Source: Azolla caroliniana (taxonomy: Eukaryota > Plantae > Polypodiophyta). Taken from it: 64,000 nt of DNA. The position numbers and the translations under genes were made by a program. Below are positions 53,101 to 64,000 of the stretch, in pieces. The notes beneath the pieces were generated by a model that was not told the DNA's origin, did no database searches, and saw only the letters and a list, made by a program, of their open reading frames with translations. The stretch covers positions 7,688,001 to 7,752,000 of the forward strand of contig JBHGNT010000003.1 of the NCBI GenBank assembly GCA_043228905.1. The letters run 5' to 3'. The first letter of the stretch is position 1. Each line of letters starts with the position of its first letter.

Positions 53101-54741
53101 TATGTTTCTTTTAAAAAAACACATATGGGCAAATGCCTCACATATCTCTTATACGCATTAAATATTAATCAATCAAGAAGAGCAATTTACTTGGTTGGCT
53201 CAAGTGTTTAATGCATTTGTTCTCGAGGTCTCGAGGTCAAATATGACCAAGACCATACAACATCGTTGATACATATGACTATAACACATGTTTAGAATTG
53301 AGGTCTAAGTGCACTTCGGGGTCCTCATAATAGGACTTAAAGAGCCGAAACCACATATGTGGGTACTGAAACATAGTTTATTGTTAACATTTTTTTTGTG
53401 TATAAACTATTCATGACGCGAACATACATGGTTGAGCCTCGGAGAGCCACCATGAAAAAATCGATATAGAGATCAGGGAAAGCCATTAATTTGTCACTCC
53501 CATGGTTTTTAAAACACCTTTGTGTTACCATAGTAACCTGATCTTCAACCTCATCTCATACGTCTAGAGGGGTATTGACGTGCGATCATGATATCGATTA
53601 ATGTTTGCACATGTTATGTTTACATCACGACATGATGTTATGACTATTTGTTTGACCTTATCCTATTTCTTTGCCAGAAATAATAATGGCTCAAAATAAC
53701 GACCCGATGTCATCCGCTCAATATAAGTCTACTTCCTCTATAAATGTATCAATAGAAATTCCTAATGAATGAATCGCCCTGTTGATGTATTGTACTCTTC
53801 CATCAGCGAGTGCACCGTATAGGTGTGATAACTTACGGTGGGTTGGATTCCCCATATCTGAACCAAACGATCATTCACAAAGTTGTGTGAGCTTCCCGAA
53901 CCAAACAAAAATTGTACGGGAGGTCCATTGATATACCCATTTGCACGTAGTAAATCATTGGGACCCAATACATAGTGAGGGAAAGAACATTGACAATTAC
54001 TTAAATGGTGTGTATAGACTTGAAGGACATTAGGAATCTGACCTTTATGGTCTGCAACTTTAGCTTTGCTAGACATCTCATAACCGAACAAGGAGTTGAA
54101 ATTGATCCTTCTCGCATCGAGAAAATCAAGCTTTGGCCCACTCTTCGGAATATTTGAGAAGTTCGATCATTCCTTGGTTTTGTCAGGTTTTTGCAAAAAT
54201 CCCTTCGTAATTACTCCCACTTGACGACACCATTTACTGATCTTCTAAAAGGTCAAACGCGCAAGTCTACAAAACCTATTGTGTGGAATGCTACACTAGA
54301 CCTCGCCTTTAAGGAATTCATGGACCTGGTGTGCAAGGCTCCTTTGCTTCTTTTACTTGATCCTTCAAAACCTTTTGAGGTTGAAACCGATGCAAGCGAT
54401 TATGCTATAGGTGTTGTCTTATATCAAGATGGTAAACCAATAGCATTCGAGAGTAAGAAACTTGATTCTGCTCAATGTCGGTATACCGTTCAAGAAAAGG
54501 AGTTATTTGTAGTTATACATGCGCTCAAAACATGGCGCCATTATCTTTATGGAAATCGTTTTGTGGTAACTACGAACCACGAGTCCTTGAAATATTTTTG
54601 TGACCAACAAGACCTGGAAGGTCGTAAGGCACGATGAGCTGATCTCATCCAGGACTTTGATTTTTCCATACGATATCGTAAAGGTTCCATGAACACTGTC
54701 GCCGATGCACTAAGTCGAATCCGTGAAGTTAAAATACTTAG

Positions 54742-57700
54742 TGTCAGGAATAGTACCTAAACAGAGAGAGAATTAGTACTAGAGAAGGGAAGTACTATTA
54801 GTACTAAGAGGATGGGACTGCGTAAGACTATTGAGAGAGGAAGAGAGAAAAGGGGGGAGAGAGAGAGAGATAGCACGAACGAGAGAGAGAGAGAGAGACA
54901 TGATGATAACAGATGATATATTATATGAAGAGTAAGTACAAAATAGCTATGAGGCTTAAGATTGGCGTTGAACCAATTTGGTTCGAAATAATGCCTTGTG
55001 CCTCCTTTTATAGTGCTCTCAAGAGTAGTCCTGAAGCTTCTACAATGTTATAGAGAAATCTGGAATATACATTAATTTTCTATAGTAAAACTTAAATGAA
55101 AATAATATCCTACGTATTACAATAGATGACGAGTGTTGCCATATCATGCCACTATCCTTCCCTTAAGACGATGAGTGTAACGAGTCGGCGTTGATTGAGG
55201 ATCGGGTTTGTCCGGATACTATCGATGGAAATTAGCAATCAGCAAGAAGATCCTGAGCATTGGCGACATGCTCGACGGGTTCCCAAGTACGTTTGCTCGG
55301 ACTATAGCTGAGCCAATCGACCAAATAATGAAGTTTGTTGCGAACGAACTTGGAGTCAAGGTCAACAACAACATACTCCTGTCCGACGTCCAACTCAATT
55401 GGGGGCGGCAATGGTGTAACGCGATCGGGAATCGTGTTTGCTTTATAAGGTTCAAGAAGAGAACTATGGAAGACCGGATGTATCTGAAGATGCGGAGGAA
55501 CATCAAGGCGGAATGTGACATCATTAACCTTATCGGTAATATGGAAAGGACTGAGTCGTCGATAATCCAACTTGTCACACGGTCGAGTAGTCTTGATGTA
55601 ACGACGTAAGAGCCATACTCGATCTCCGATGGCAAAATAGGAGGGAAGCAGATGACGATCTGCATAAGTCTTCTCTGTGTGTTGAGCATGACGAAGATGA
55701 GTAGAGAGATCCATCTGGATCTTGCGTAGCCTCTCCAAATGATCCTCGGCATGAGGATTGGTAGGTAGCTCCAGGGTGTGGATCACAGACTAGCGAGGAT
55801 GAGAACTAGTATAAGCGTAAAATGGGGAGAGCGGAGTCAAGGAGTGAATAGCGTTATTATAAGCAAACTCCACAAAGTGGAGAATATCATCCCAATCGTC
55901 CTGCTGATAACTCAAAAAACACTAGAGGTATTGTTCCAACGTTTGATTTGTTCGTTCCCTTCCCATCGGTCTGGGGATGGTAGTTGGAGGAGAGGTTGCA
56001 AGAGACCTTGAGCATCTTAAAGAGATGCTTCCAAAATTTGGAGACAAATTGAGGTCCTCGGTCATTGATGATACTGTCTTGGAGGCCATGATGCCGAAAT
56101 ACCTCACACATGACAAGGGCGGCGGTTTCTTCACTTGTGATGGCATTAGTACAAGGCACAAAATGTGCCATCTTAGTATATCGATCGACGAAGGTTAGGT
56201 AAGGATTCCAACAAGCCATATGGATGATGTTGCTGCATCTTTGCTTGGCAACAAAGTCCGAACGTAGTCATCGACAAAACGTTGCATATGGGGCTACCAA
56301 AAAGATCGTTGAACTAGATTGAATGTCTTAGTACTACCGAAATGTCCCGCTGTATGGGTGTCATGAAAATTTTGGACGATTTGAAGGCGACAGGAGCAAT
56401 CGGGAACATATACGAGCTTTTTAAAGAATAACAAACCATCATGACATTCAAATTGTCGGTAGTCCATACCTGGTTGTTGAGACTAGGAACATGATGCCTG
56501 AGAGGTATCAATTTGTGCTAGAATGGCTTGAGCAAAATTGTCTGTCTTCAAGTTGGCACGTATGGTGTCGATAATATGGGAATCTCTAAGTGGAGTGTGA
56601 AAAATCCGTGTTGTGTGCAAACATGTTGGTCCCAAGATTACCTGCTTTTGATTATCAAATGCTTGATCACCAAGACGAGGTGCAAGATATGAACGTCATG
56701 ATAGTGCATTTGCTTTTCCATGTGTTGGAAGACTGCGAGTGCATTGGTTAAACCGAATGGCATAACGGTATACTCGAAGTGCCCATATCGGGTGCGAAAA
56801 GCGGTCTTCCATTCGTCTCCCGGTCGGATCCGCACGAGGTTATACGCTCCTCATAGGTCAATTTTTGTTTAAAACTTGGCAACATTTACTGACTGTAAAA
56901 AACTTGATATAAGGGGAAGTGTATACCTATTCCTGATGGTGACCTTATTCAAGCCGCAGTAATCAACGACGAGACGAAGTGATTCATCTTTCTTCTTGAC
57001 AAAGAAAATGGGTGCACCGACCGGAGATTTCGAGTGATGAATAAACCCGCTTGTGAAATTCTTTTCTACGTAGGCTTAAAGGACTTCTAACTCAGTTGGT
57101 GACAAGTTGTAAATTGGTCCCCATGGTGGCTCTGTTCCTGGTTGTAAATCGATGGGACAATCGTAGGGACGATGATGAGGAAGAGTATCGGCTTTTACCT
57201 TGTCAAATACATCGGCATAAGGATGATATTTCATCGGAAGTTGAACTAAGGATTCCTTCTTAGTATTGTTGGAAGGATGTACGGATATTGCAAATAGAAA
57301 CATCGCCTCCTTGCGCCCTTCTTCGCGTAATTGATGGAGTGAAATGGTTGAAACTCATTGAGTAGATTTTCGGGGTTTTCGATACCGCACTTCTCTTGTT
57401 CTCCAATCTATGTCTGGATTATGTAATTCAAACCAAGGTAATCCCAGGTCAATGGGATGCTCTGGACTACTAATTATTTTAAATGATACCACACACACAA
57501 AAGTACCTAGGACAACTTGAATGGGTTCGGACTCTTCTATAATATTCCCGGAAAGCAATGGGATGACCATCAATGACTACTACAGATGCGGGGCAAGGAA
57601 GTTTTCTTAAGGATATCTTGGAAGCTTGGGCTTCGGAATCTAAAACTGCTAAGACGTGTACTGGAGGGGTACTTTTAGTACTAACCATGATTTTGGGCTA

Positions 57701-59446
57701 AGAACACATTGCTAACTTGCTTAGAGGGAATGGAACCACTAATGGGTTGCACAAATGTAGGGCTGTCCAACCAGATGGCTTCTATTTTGGTTGCACTCAG
57801 TCGTTTAATTCTTCTTCTAATTGACTAAGGATTTCAAATTTGTTTGAGATTCCTGGGCTATTAGTACTATTAATACTATCAGACACTCCTAAGGGAATTG
57901 ACTTGGGTTTAGTACAGGCTATGATTTGATTTACTTGTCTTCTTGGCCTATGGGGACAGTTGATTGCGATATGCCCTGGTCCACCGCAATAAAGACATAA
58001 TCGATTTGCACGTCGTCGTTGCTTTTCTTCTTCTGATAACGGGTCACGTCGACGCATGGTGTCGATCTCAATCTGTGTCGGAGTATTTGCCTGAGATACA
58101 TCTTGTGCAAACGGTTTAGATGCGATTGAGGTGTATGTGGGCTTTGGCCTAGGGCATGGGATTTGTAATTGACGTTTTGAATGTCGTTCGAAAAGGTGGT
58201 TGTTGCATTGGTCCGCTCCACTGATTGCCTCTGTAAGAGACTTTGGTTCTTCGGGGAAGGTTAAAAGTAAATCTTTGACATTGTTTCCTAGGCTGTAGTG
58301 AAACTGCTCCATTAGTGCCTGATCATGCCAGGGAATATCTGAGGCGAGTAGATGGAAATTCGCCGCGTAGGCAGAGGCTGGACGATCGCCTTTACGCAAT
58401 CGTCGGATTTTGTTGATCGCCGTCCTGATGTTGTCGGTATCTCCAAAGCAGGCTTTAAACTTGCTAATAAAGTCTTCAAAGTTGTTAAGCAAAGGTGATT
58501 GTTTTTCTAGAAGCGGAGCGAACCATGCCAAGGCTGAGCCGCGAAGCAACGTGCCTATTAGGCCTACTCGGGATGCATCAGTGGGGTATCGTGAAGGATG
58601 CATTTGAATGACTAAGCATACCTGATTAAGGAATCCCTTGAATTGCGATTGGGTTCCATCGACTTTCACAGGAAGTCCAATCTTGGGCTCTTCATGAAAT
58701 CCTTGGGGACTTGATCCTTGTTGTTGCAACGCTATGATGGTGCTGCGTAATGCTAACTCCCCATGTTGGTGCTGCGTTTGCTGTTTTTCTAGAGCGATTT
58801 GTTGAAGATCCCCTAACAATCGTTGGTTTTCTTGTTCCAATGCAACGATTTTTTCTTTTAGACCCTCTAGCTCGGAAAAAACGGATTGATATTCTTGGGT
58901 GCTAATAGTAGCCATAGTATTGGAAAAAAAAAGGGGTAAGAGGATGAGGGAAACTGAAAAGAACACTAGAGGAAAAAAATTGGTTCAAACTATTAGGAAT
59001 AATACTAAAACAGAGAGAGAATTAGTATTGGAGAAGGGAAGTACTATTAGTACTAAGAGGACGACACTGCGTAAGACTCCCGAGAGAGGAAGAGAGGAAA
59101 GGAGAGAGAGATAGAGATAGCGAGGATGAGAGAGAGAGAGAGATGATGATAACATATGATATATTATATGAAGAGTAAGTACAAAATAGCTATGAGGCTT
59201 AAGACTAGCGTTGAACCAATTTGGTTCGAAATAATGCCTTGTGCCTCCTTTTATAGTGCTCTCAGGAGTAGTCCTGAAGCTTCTAGAATGTTCTAGAGAA
59301 ATCTGGAATATAAATTAATTTTCTATAGTAAAACTTAAATGAAAATAATATCCTACATATTACAATAGATAATGTAATAGTCAAGAGCTCGACCCATATA
59401 ACATAAGGTCATGGGTACGAGTTTTATGTCTTGCCATATCATGACA
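54742..59446 (-). mobile_element. Ty3/gypsy chromovirus copy B (same family as A), nested in C; LTRs 58991-59446 (5') and 54742-55151 (3')
   Basis: Perfect TSD CTTAG (54737-54741 and 59447-59451). LTRs and coding pieces are homologous to A. Large internal deletion of the RT C-half and RNase H. Confidence 0.96.
57797..58915 (-). CDS. gag: Uninterrupted gag ORF of copy B (retrotransposon gag domain plus CCHC zinc knuckle), probable start MATISTQEY
   Basis: EPKIGLPVKVDG, LRGSALAWF, IRRLRKG, CLYCGGPGHIAINC. No internal stops, whereas the A copy is disrupted. Confidence 0.85.
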   Translation of the reverse strand: MATISTQEYQSVFSELEGLKEKIVALEQENQRLLGDLQQIALEKQQTQHQHGELALRSTIIALQQQGSSPQGFHEEPKIGLPVKVDGTQSQFKGFLNQVCLVIQMHPSRYPTDASRVGLIGTLLRGSALAWFAPLLEKQSPLLNNFEDFISKFKACFGDTDNIRTAINKIRRLRKGDRPASAYAANFHLLASDIPWHDQALMEQFHYSLGNNVKDLLLTFPEEPKSLTEAISGADQCNNHLFERHSKRQLQIPCPRPKPTYTSIASKPFAQDVSQANTPTQIEIDTMRRRDPLSEEEKQRRRANRLCLYCGGPGHIAINCPHRPRRQVNQIIACTKPKSIPLGVSDSINSTNSPGISNKFEILSQLEEELND

Positions 59447-60125
59447 CTTAGCTTCACTGAAATAATATCAGATCTTTATGATCACCTTCGAGGAAAGTAT
59501 CCTGATGACAGTTATTTTGCGAAATACTTGGGAAGAGTTGAGTCTAGAACAGACACCACCACATCCTCAAAGGAATACTTCCACATTGCTAACGGTCTGC
59601 TCTACCGTAATGGGAAGGTTTGTGTTTTAGATTTGCCTGAGGTCAAAAAGAGAATTCTTTTTTAATACCATGATGCATCCTTTGTGGGGCACCCTGGAAT
59701 ACATCGTACACTCGTTCTCATCTCGACTCAATTTTATTGGCCTAAGATGCGTCCTGACATACATAGCTATGTGACTAAATGTCACCAATGTCAGGTTAAC
59801 AAAGCCGAGCGACTTAAGGCCATGGACATTCCCAATAATAAGTGGGAAAGTATATCCATGGATTTTATTGTTAGCCTTCCTCGCACCCAAGAAGGCCATG
59901 ATGCCATCTGGGTTGTGGTTGACAGACTAACTAAAATGGCCAGATTTATTGCTACGAAAACCACGATAACAGCTCCTAAATTGGCTTACCAATTCGTTGA
60001 CGAGTTATTTCGTTTTTATGGGTTATTGATGGATATCATGAATGATCAAGATCCAAAGTTTACTAGTGACTTCTGGACGCAAGTCTTTAAGAAGTTAGAA
60101 ACTACATTGAGCAGGAGCTCCACGG

Positions 60126-61460
60126 TTTCGCGAAGTTTCGCGCACGTGTGTTACTTGGGCGGAACCACGGGGGTCTCAGACTAGGGAGTACTCAAGGGAT
60201 AGAGAAGACCCGAGGTTTGCTTTATGAAAATACTACTTCACGACCCCTTCCCAAGCAAGGTCTCGTTGCCCTTTGGTTTGTGAGGCCGGTGGCCCTCGTT
60301 GATCACGACTACCAATTTATGTCGCGAAGTTTCGCGCACGTGTGTTACTTGGGCGGGACCACGGGGGTCTTGGACTAGGGAGTACTCAAGGGATAGAGAA
60401 GACCCAAGGTTTGCTTTATGAAAATACTACTTCCCGACCCCTTCCCGAGCAAGGTCTCGTACGAGGAAGACACAAAACACATGCACAAAATGCTCGTACG
60501 CCTTTATGAGGAGGAGAGGTGCATGGGCAAGCCCGAACGGTCCCCTCGTCACAAGACGGCCGAACGCACAAGAAAGACACGAATAAAGAAAGAAGGAGAG
60601 AAAGAAACACGAATGATATTGACCAAAGAGATAAATACGTGTTCGATTCTAACGCAAGAGGACCCTTTATAAAATAGGGTTTTGTTTACAATGGCAACTT
60701 ATAGTTAACCACAAGCTCAATCAAAACATAAATATTAAATGCCCTTAGAGACAAGGCAAAACCAAACACGACGAAGATGAACACACGAGCACCACCAAAA
60801 TGCCAATCCCAACAAACCACAACCACCCGAACGGCGAGCACACGGGCTCGCAACGACGAAAGGGGCGGAGCAACGTCGAACCAACTAAGCTTGGGCTCAC
60901 GAGCACTTCGAGTGCCGACGTGAATAAGATGAGCACGTGGCTATGGGGGGATGAAGGGGTATGAGATGAAGAGAAGTGGTGAATAAGGAGATGAAGAGCT
61001 TCGAAGGAAAATTGGCGATAGTCTCCTCCTCCCAAAACGTCCTCCTCAATGAGCCCCCCTCGACCTCCTTTTATAGGAAAAAAAGAAGGGGGGGTCGCCA
61101 AATTTGTCTTCAATGAAAAAGGAATAAAATTCGTTAAATCACGCTGCATTGTAAGACTAGATTCAAACCGTGCACCTCTAGCTAGTAGTCAATGTGACTA
61201 TCCACTAGCCCACTAACTCTCTCTTATACAATATATAATTCTATCTCTATAAATTTATAGCTTGTCTCCCCTCTACCTTTTATCTCTCCTCTCTCTTACT
61301 TTTTGCACGAGCTTCTATACCTCCTTTTCACCCTTTATTTTCCTTTTTATTTTGCATATGCACAATTAATCGCTTTTGTGTGCACACACATTGCACATGC
61401 ACATTTTTGACCCCCCCTTTCGCTGGTTTTTCCCACCCTCGAGCACGCCACATCACGACA
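60126..61460 (-). mobile_element. Element D: internally deleted LTR retrotransposon (full 5' LTR 60320-61460, PBS, then only the last ~140 bp of the 3' LTR, 60126-60266), nested in the integrase of C
   Basis: Interrupts the C integrase motif TTLS-x-S-STDH-x-QSDGQTER. Inverted termini TGTCGTGA...TCGCGACA, apparent 4-bp TSD ACGG, minus-strand TATAAAAGG near 61070, PBS-like TGGTAGTCGTGATC just inside the LTR. Confidence 0.82.
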
Positions 61461-63309
61461 ACGGATCATTCTCAATCCGATGGACAGACAGAACGAGTAA
61501 ATCAAATTATTGAGGACATGCTTCGAGCATACGTTGCTACAAAACCAACAAAATGGGAACGTTATCTCCCAATTTTGGAGTTTGCTTATAACGCCTCCAA
61601 GCATATATCGACGGGATATAGTCCTTTTATGTTGATGTATGGTTTTTAGCCACGAGCCCCAATTGATGTTAATATACATCATGATGAGTTGCGAAGTACG
61701 CAAAACTTTCTCGGGATATGCAAGATATCTTGCATATTGCACGAGATAATATTAAAACAACTCAAGATAGAGCACGTTTTTATGCCGATCATCATAGGCA
61801 ACCTTGTGTATTCAACCTTGGAACCTTACAATTCTAAAACATTGTCTAAGGGTAAGTGCGCTAAGTTAGCCCCACGGTTTTGTGGACCTTTTACAGTCCT
61901 CAAACGCATTGGGTCATCAGCCTATCGTCTCGCTCTTCCCTATGGTGTTGAAATTCATCCAGTTTTTCATGTGAGTCGTCTAAAAGAACTTCTAGGTTCT
62001 TGTGATAATACAATTACAACTAAAACTCTGGTTACTTCTGAAGAATTATCTTCTAAACCACATTTACCAGAAAGAATTCTCAATGTTAAAACAAAAAAAT
62101 TACGTACTAAAGAAATCCGAGAATTTAAAATAAAATGGATGGATAAATCAATAAAAGATGTCACATGGGAACGCGAAAATACTCTCAGAACTAACTTCCC
62201 TAACTTTCCATTGCAAGTGTGCAATGTTTTAAAGAGGGGGATGTTACGGTCATGACCATATAATATCCTGTGGTGAGAATTTACCATAGTATTCTATACA
62301 CGTGTATAAGTGTGAGGGTTAAACGAGAGTGTAAAGAAGGGGAGGATTACTTTTAATCCTTGGGATTGAGAAAACCCATTAGGCCAAGTGTGAATTTGCC
62401 TGGGGGCCTTGGGTATTGTTATAAATAAGAGGCCTAGCTACCCTCATTTGATCATCTTTTGACTACGTCAAGACTCTGTTCTTATGGTGGGTCAACTCTT
62501 GTAGCGAGCTCGCTAGCACCAGGTACGACTCGACGCCACAATGGTGGTATGGGACGTCGATCGAGGCTCGAGTCTGTCTCGATCCCTTCGCTCGGGGGTG
62601 GTCGGGTGGATCAACACCCTTCTTTCTCTCTCTTTTCTATCTATCTACCTTCTATCCTTATCATATGCTTAATTTAGATCATATCTCTAATAATTTCGAT
62701 CCTCGTCCAAGTATGTATCAGTTGCACATTACATGTATTAAAAAATCTTTCTTTGTCCTTTCTGATAACTGTAATTGTCTTGCATGTTCTTCTTTTATAA
62801 AAAACAATTAGGGCGAAGTTGTTGGAGTCCCAAACAAGGATTTCTCGAAGATTGAGGTGTAGTAGTAGTGTGTTTCTGATTGACAAAAATTCTGATTAGG
62901 GTTGATTTCATTCATATTTTAGATTAGGGTTTTTGATTAAGGTTTTTGATTAATGTTTTTTATTAGGGTTTTTGATTAAGGTTTTTGATTTTTTAAGCGG
63001 TCGATTTTTTATTACTGTTGAAAATTTCAGATTTAGGGTTGGAATTTTGCACCAATTCACATTTCTGATTTCAATGCTTGTGTGTTTGCAAACTTCCCCC
63101 AAACTTGATTTAGGATTTGGGTGAATGTGGCTAATTTTTTATTTTTGATTCTTCCCTACCAATTATGATTCTAACACATATGTCATCTTGTGGGGCAGAG
63201 GTAACATGTATTCTTTTTTTATTTAAGGTGGCTCGTTCCTTCATATCCTAGAGTCCTTAACTTTGAAAAAAAATTGCGAAACAAAGGAGGACTTTAACAA
63301 CATATATGG

Positions 63310-63587
63310 TATTACAAATATGATCTAATGTAAGCATATGATAAGGAGAAAAGAATGATAGATAGAAAGGAGAGAGAAAAAGAAGGGTGCCGATCCACCC
63401 GACCACCCCCGAGCGAAGGGATCGAGATGGACTCGAGCCTCGATCGGCGTCCCATACCACCGTCGTGACATCAAGTCGTAATTGGTGTTGGCGCGCTCGC
63501 TACAAGAGTTGAACCACCACGAAACAGTGTCTCGACGTAGTCAAAAGATGATGAAATGAGGGTAGCTAGGCATCTCATTTATAGCGA
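63310..63587 (-). mobile_element. R-U5 half of another family-C LTR, cut just upstream of its TATA box
   Basis: Reverse complement matches about 62416-62692. Similarity ends abruptly at 63587, where TGTCGTAATG begins. Confidence 0.88.
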
Positions 63588-64000
63588 TGTCGTAATGTGA
63601 ATCACACACTACGTGAAATATGTATAACACTATATCCGATTTAGAGTACGTATAATAAATAAAAATAAAATATTAAAAATATTTATTGCATGCATAGGGC
63701 AGGATTAGAACCCTGTACCTCCACGTAGATAAACCCTAGCCTTACTACTATACTAGCATACTATGAATTTTAAAGTTATACTAAACTTTATCCCATGTAA
63801 ATATTCTAGATATGCATGGTACAAAAAGGTATTCATGCATGCACACTCGAGTTAAAAGAAAAGATGGGATAGAAAGCTAATCATGCACATGTAGTGTGCA
63901 TGAAAACTAAAGTTAGGAAAAGCATGATGCTTGCATGTGATAAACTTAGACTCTTCCAACACTATATAAGGAAGAGAGAAAGATGTATAGGGTTGTTGAT
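63588..64000 (+). mobile_element. Probable start of another LTR running off the window edge
   Basis: Begins TGT exactly where the family-C LTR is cut; CTATATAAGG near 63962. The other end is not visible. Confidence 0.4.

Larger units (their letters stand above)
51542..62692 (+). mobile_element. Ty3/gypsy chromovirus element C, defective and rearranged, hosting two nested insertions; LTRs 51542-51994 and 62242-62692
   Basis: LTR pair TGTTACGG...CTCTAATA, PBS TGGTATCAGAGC (51997-52008, tRNA-iMet type), PPT AAAGAGGGGGA, near-perfect TSD AATTC/ATTTC. RNase H (ETDASDYAIG, EKEL) 54191-54637; integrase 59450-60125 and 61461 onward; GPF and chromodomain-like tail (PERIL...FKIKW...DVTWE). Confidence 0.93.

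Noticed and set aside
35941-63587. Idea that the two half-LTRs of family C are one LTR split by a 27-kb insertion
   Set aside because: Both are on the minus strand but in the wrong order; U3 would have to lie at the higher coordinate.

Overview
AT-rich eukaryotic, land-plant nuclear DNA. A fern or other non-seed vascular plant is inferred from the PLS-type PPR style and the Tcn1/Tf1-like chromoviruses. Three host coding loci are supported: an 8-exon Tic32-like short-chain dehydrogenase (minus, 7427-15462, 317 aa reconstructed by hand), an intronless PLS-E PPR gene (minus, 22144-25122) and an intronless 507-aa ORF (plus, 30948-32471) whose stop codon lies in the first unit of a dimeric tandem array. 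There is also a degraded PPR pseudogene (about 49.3-50.1 kb). The rest is layered transposon debris: hAT-type MITEs with 8-bp TSDs, a MULE transposase remnant, LINE remnants, and nested Ty3/gypsy elements. Chromovirus copy A sits inside a 5'-truncated LINE; chromovirus copy B and a near-solo LTR sit inside a second gypsy family (C). The most informative fine-scale signals are in family A/B: a PBS complementary to the LTR just downstream of its TATA box (Tf1-style self-priming), a -1 frameshift cassette at the gag-pol junction, and reciprocal RT deletions between the two copies. No CRISPR, rRNA or intact tRNA gene is supported. I cannot show that anything here is a previously undescribed system. 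All coordinates were read by eye.
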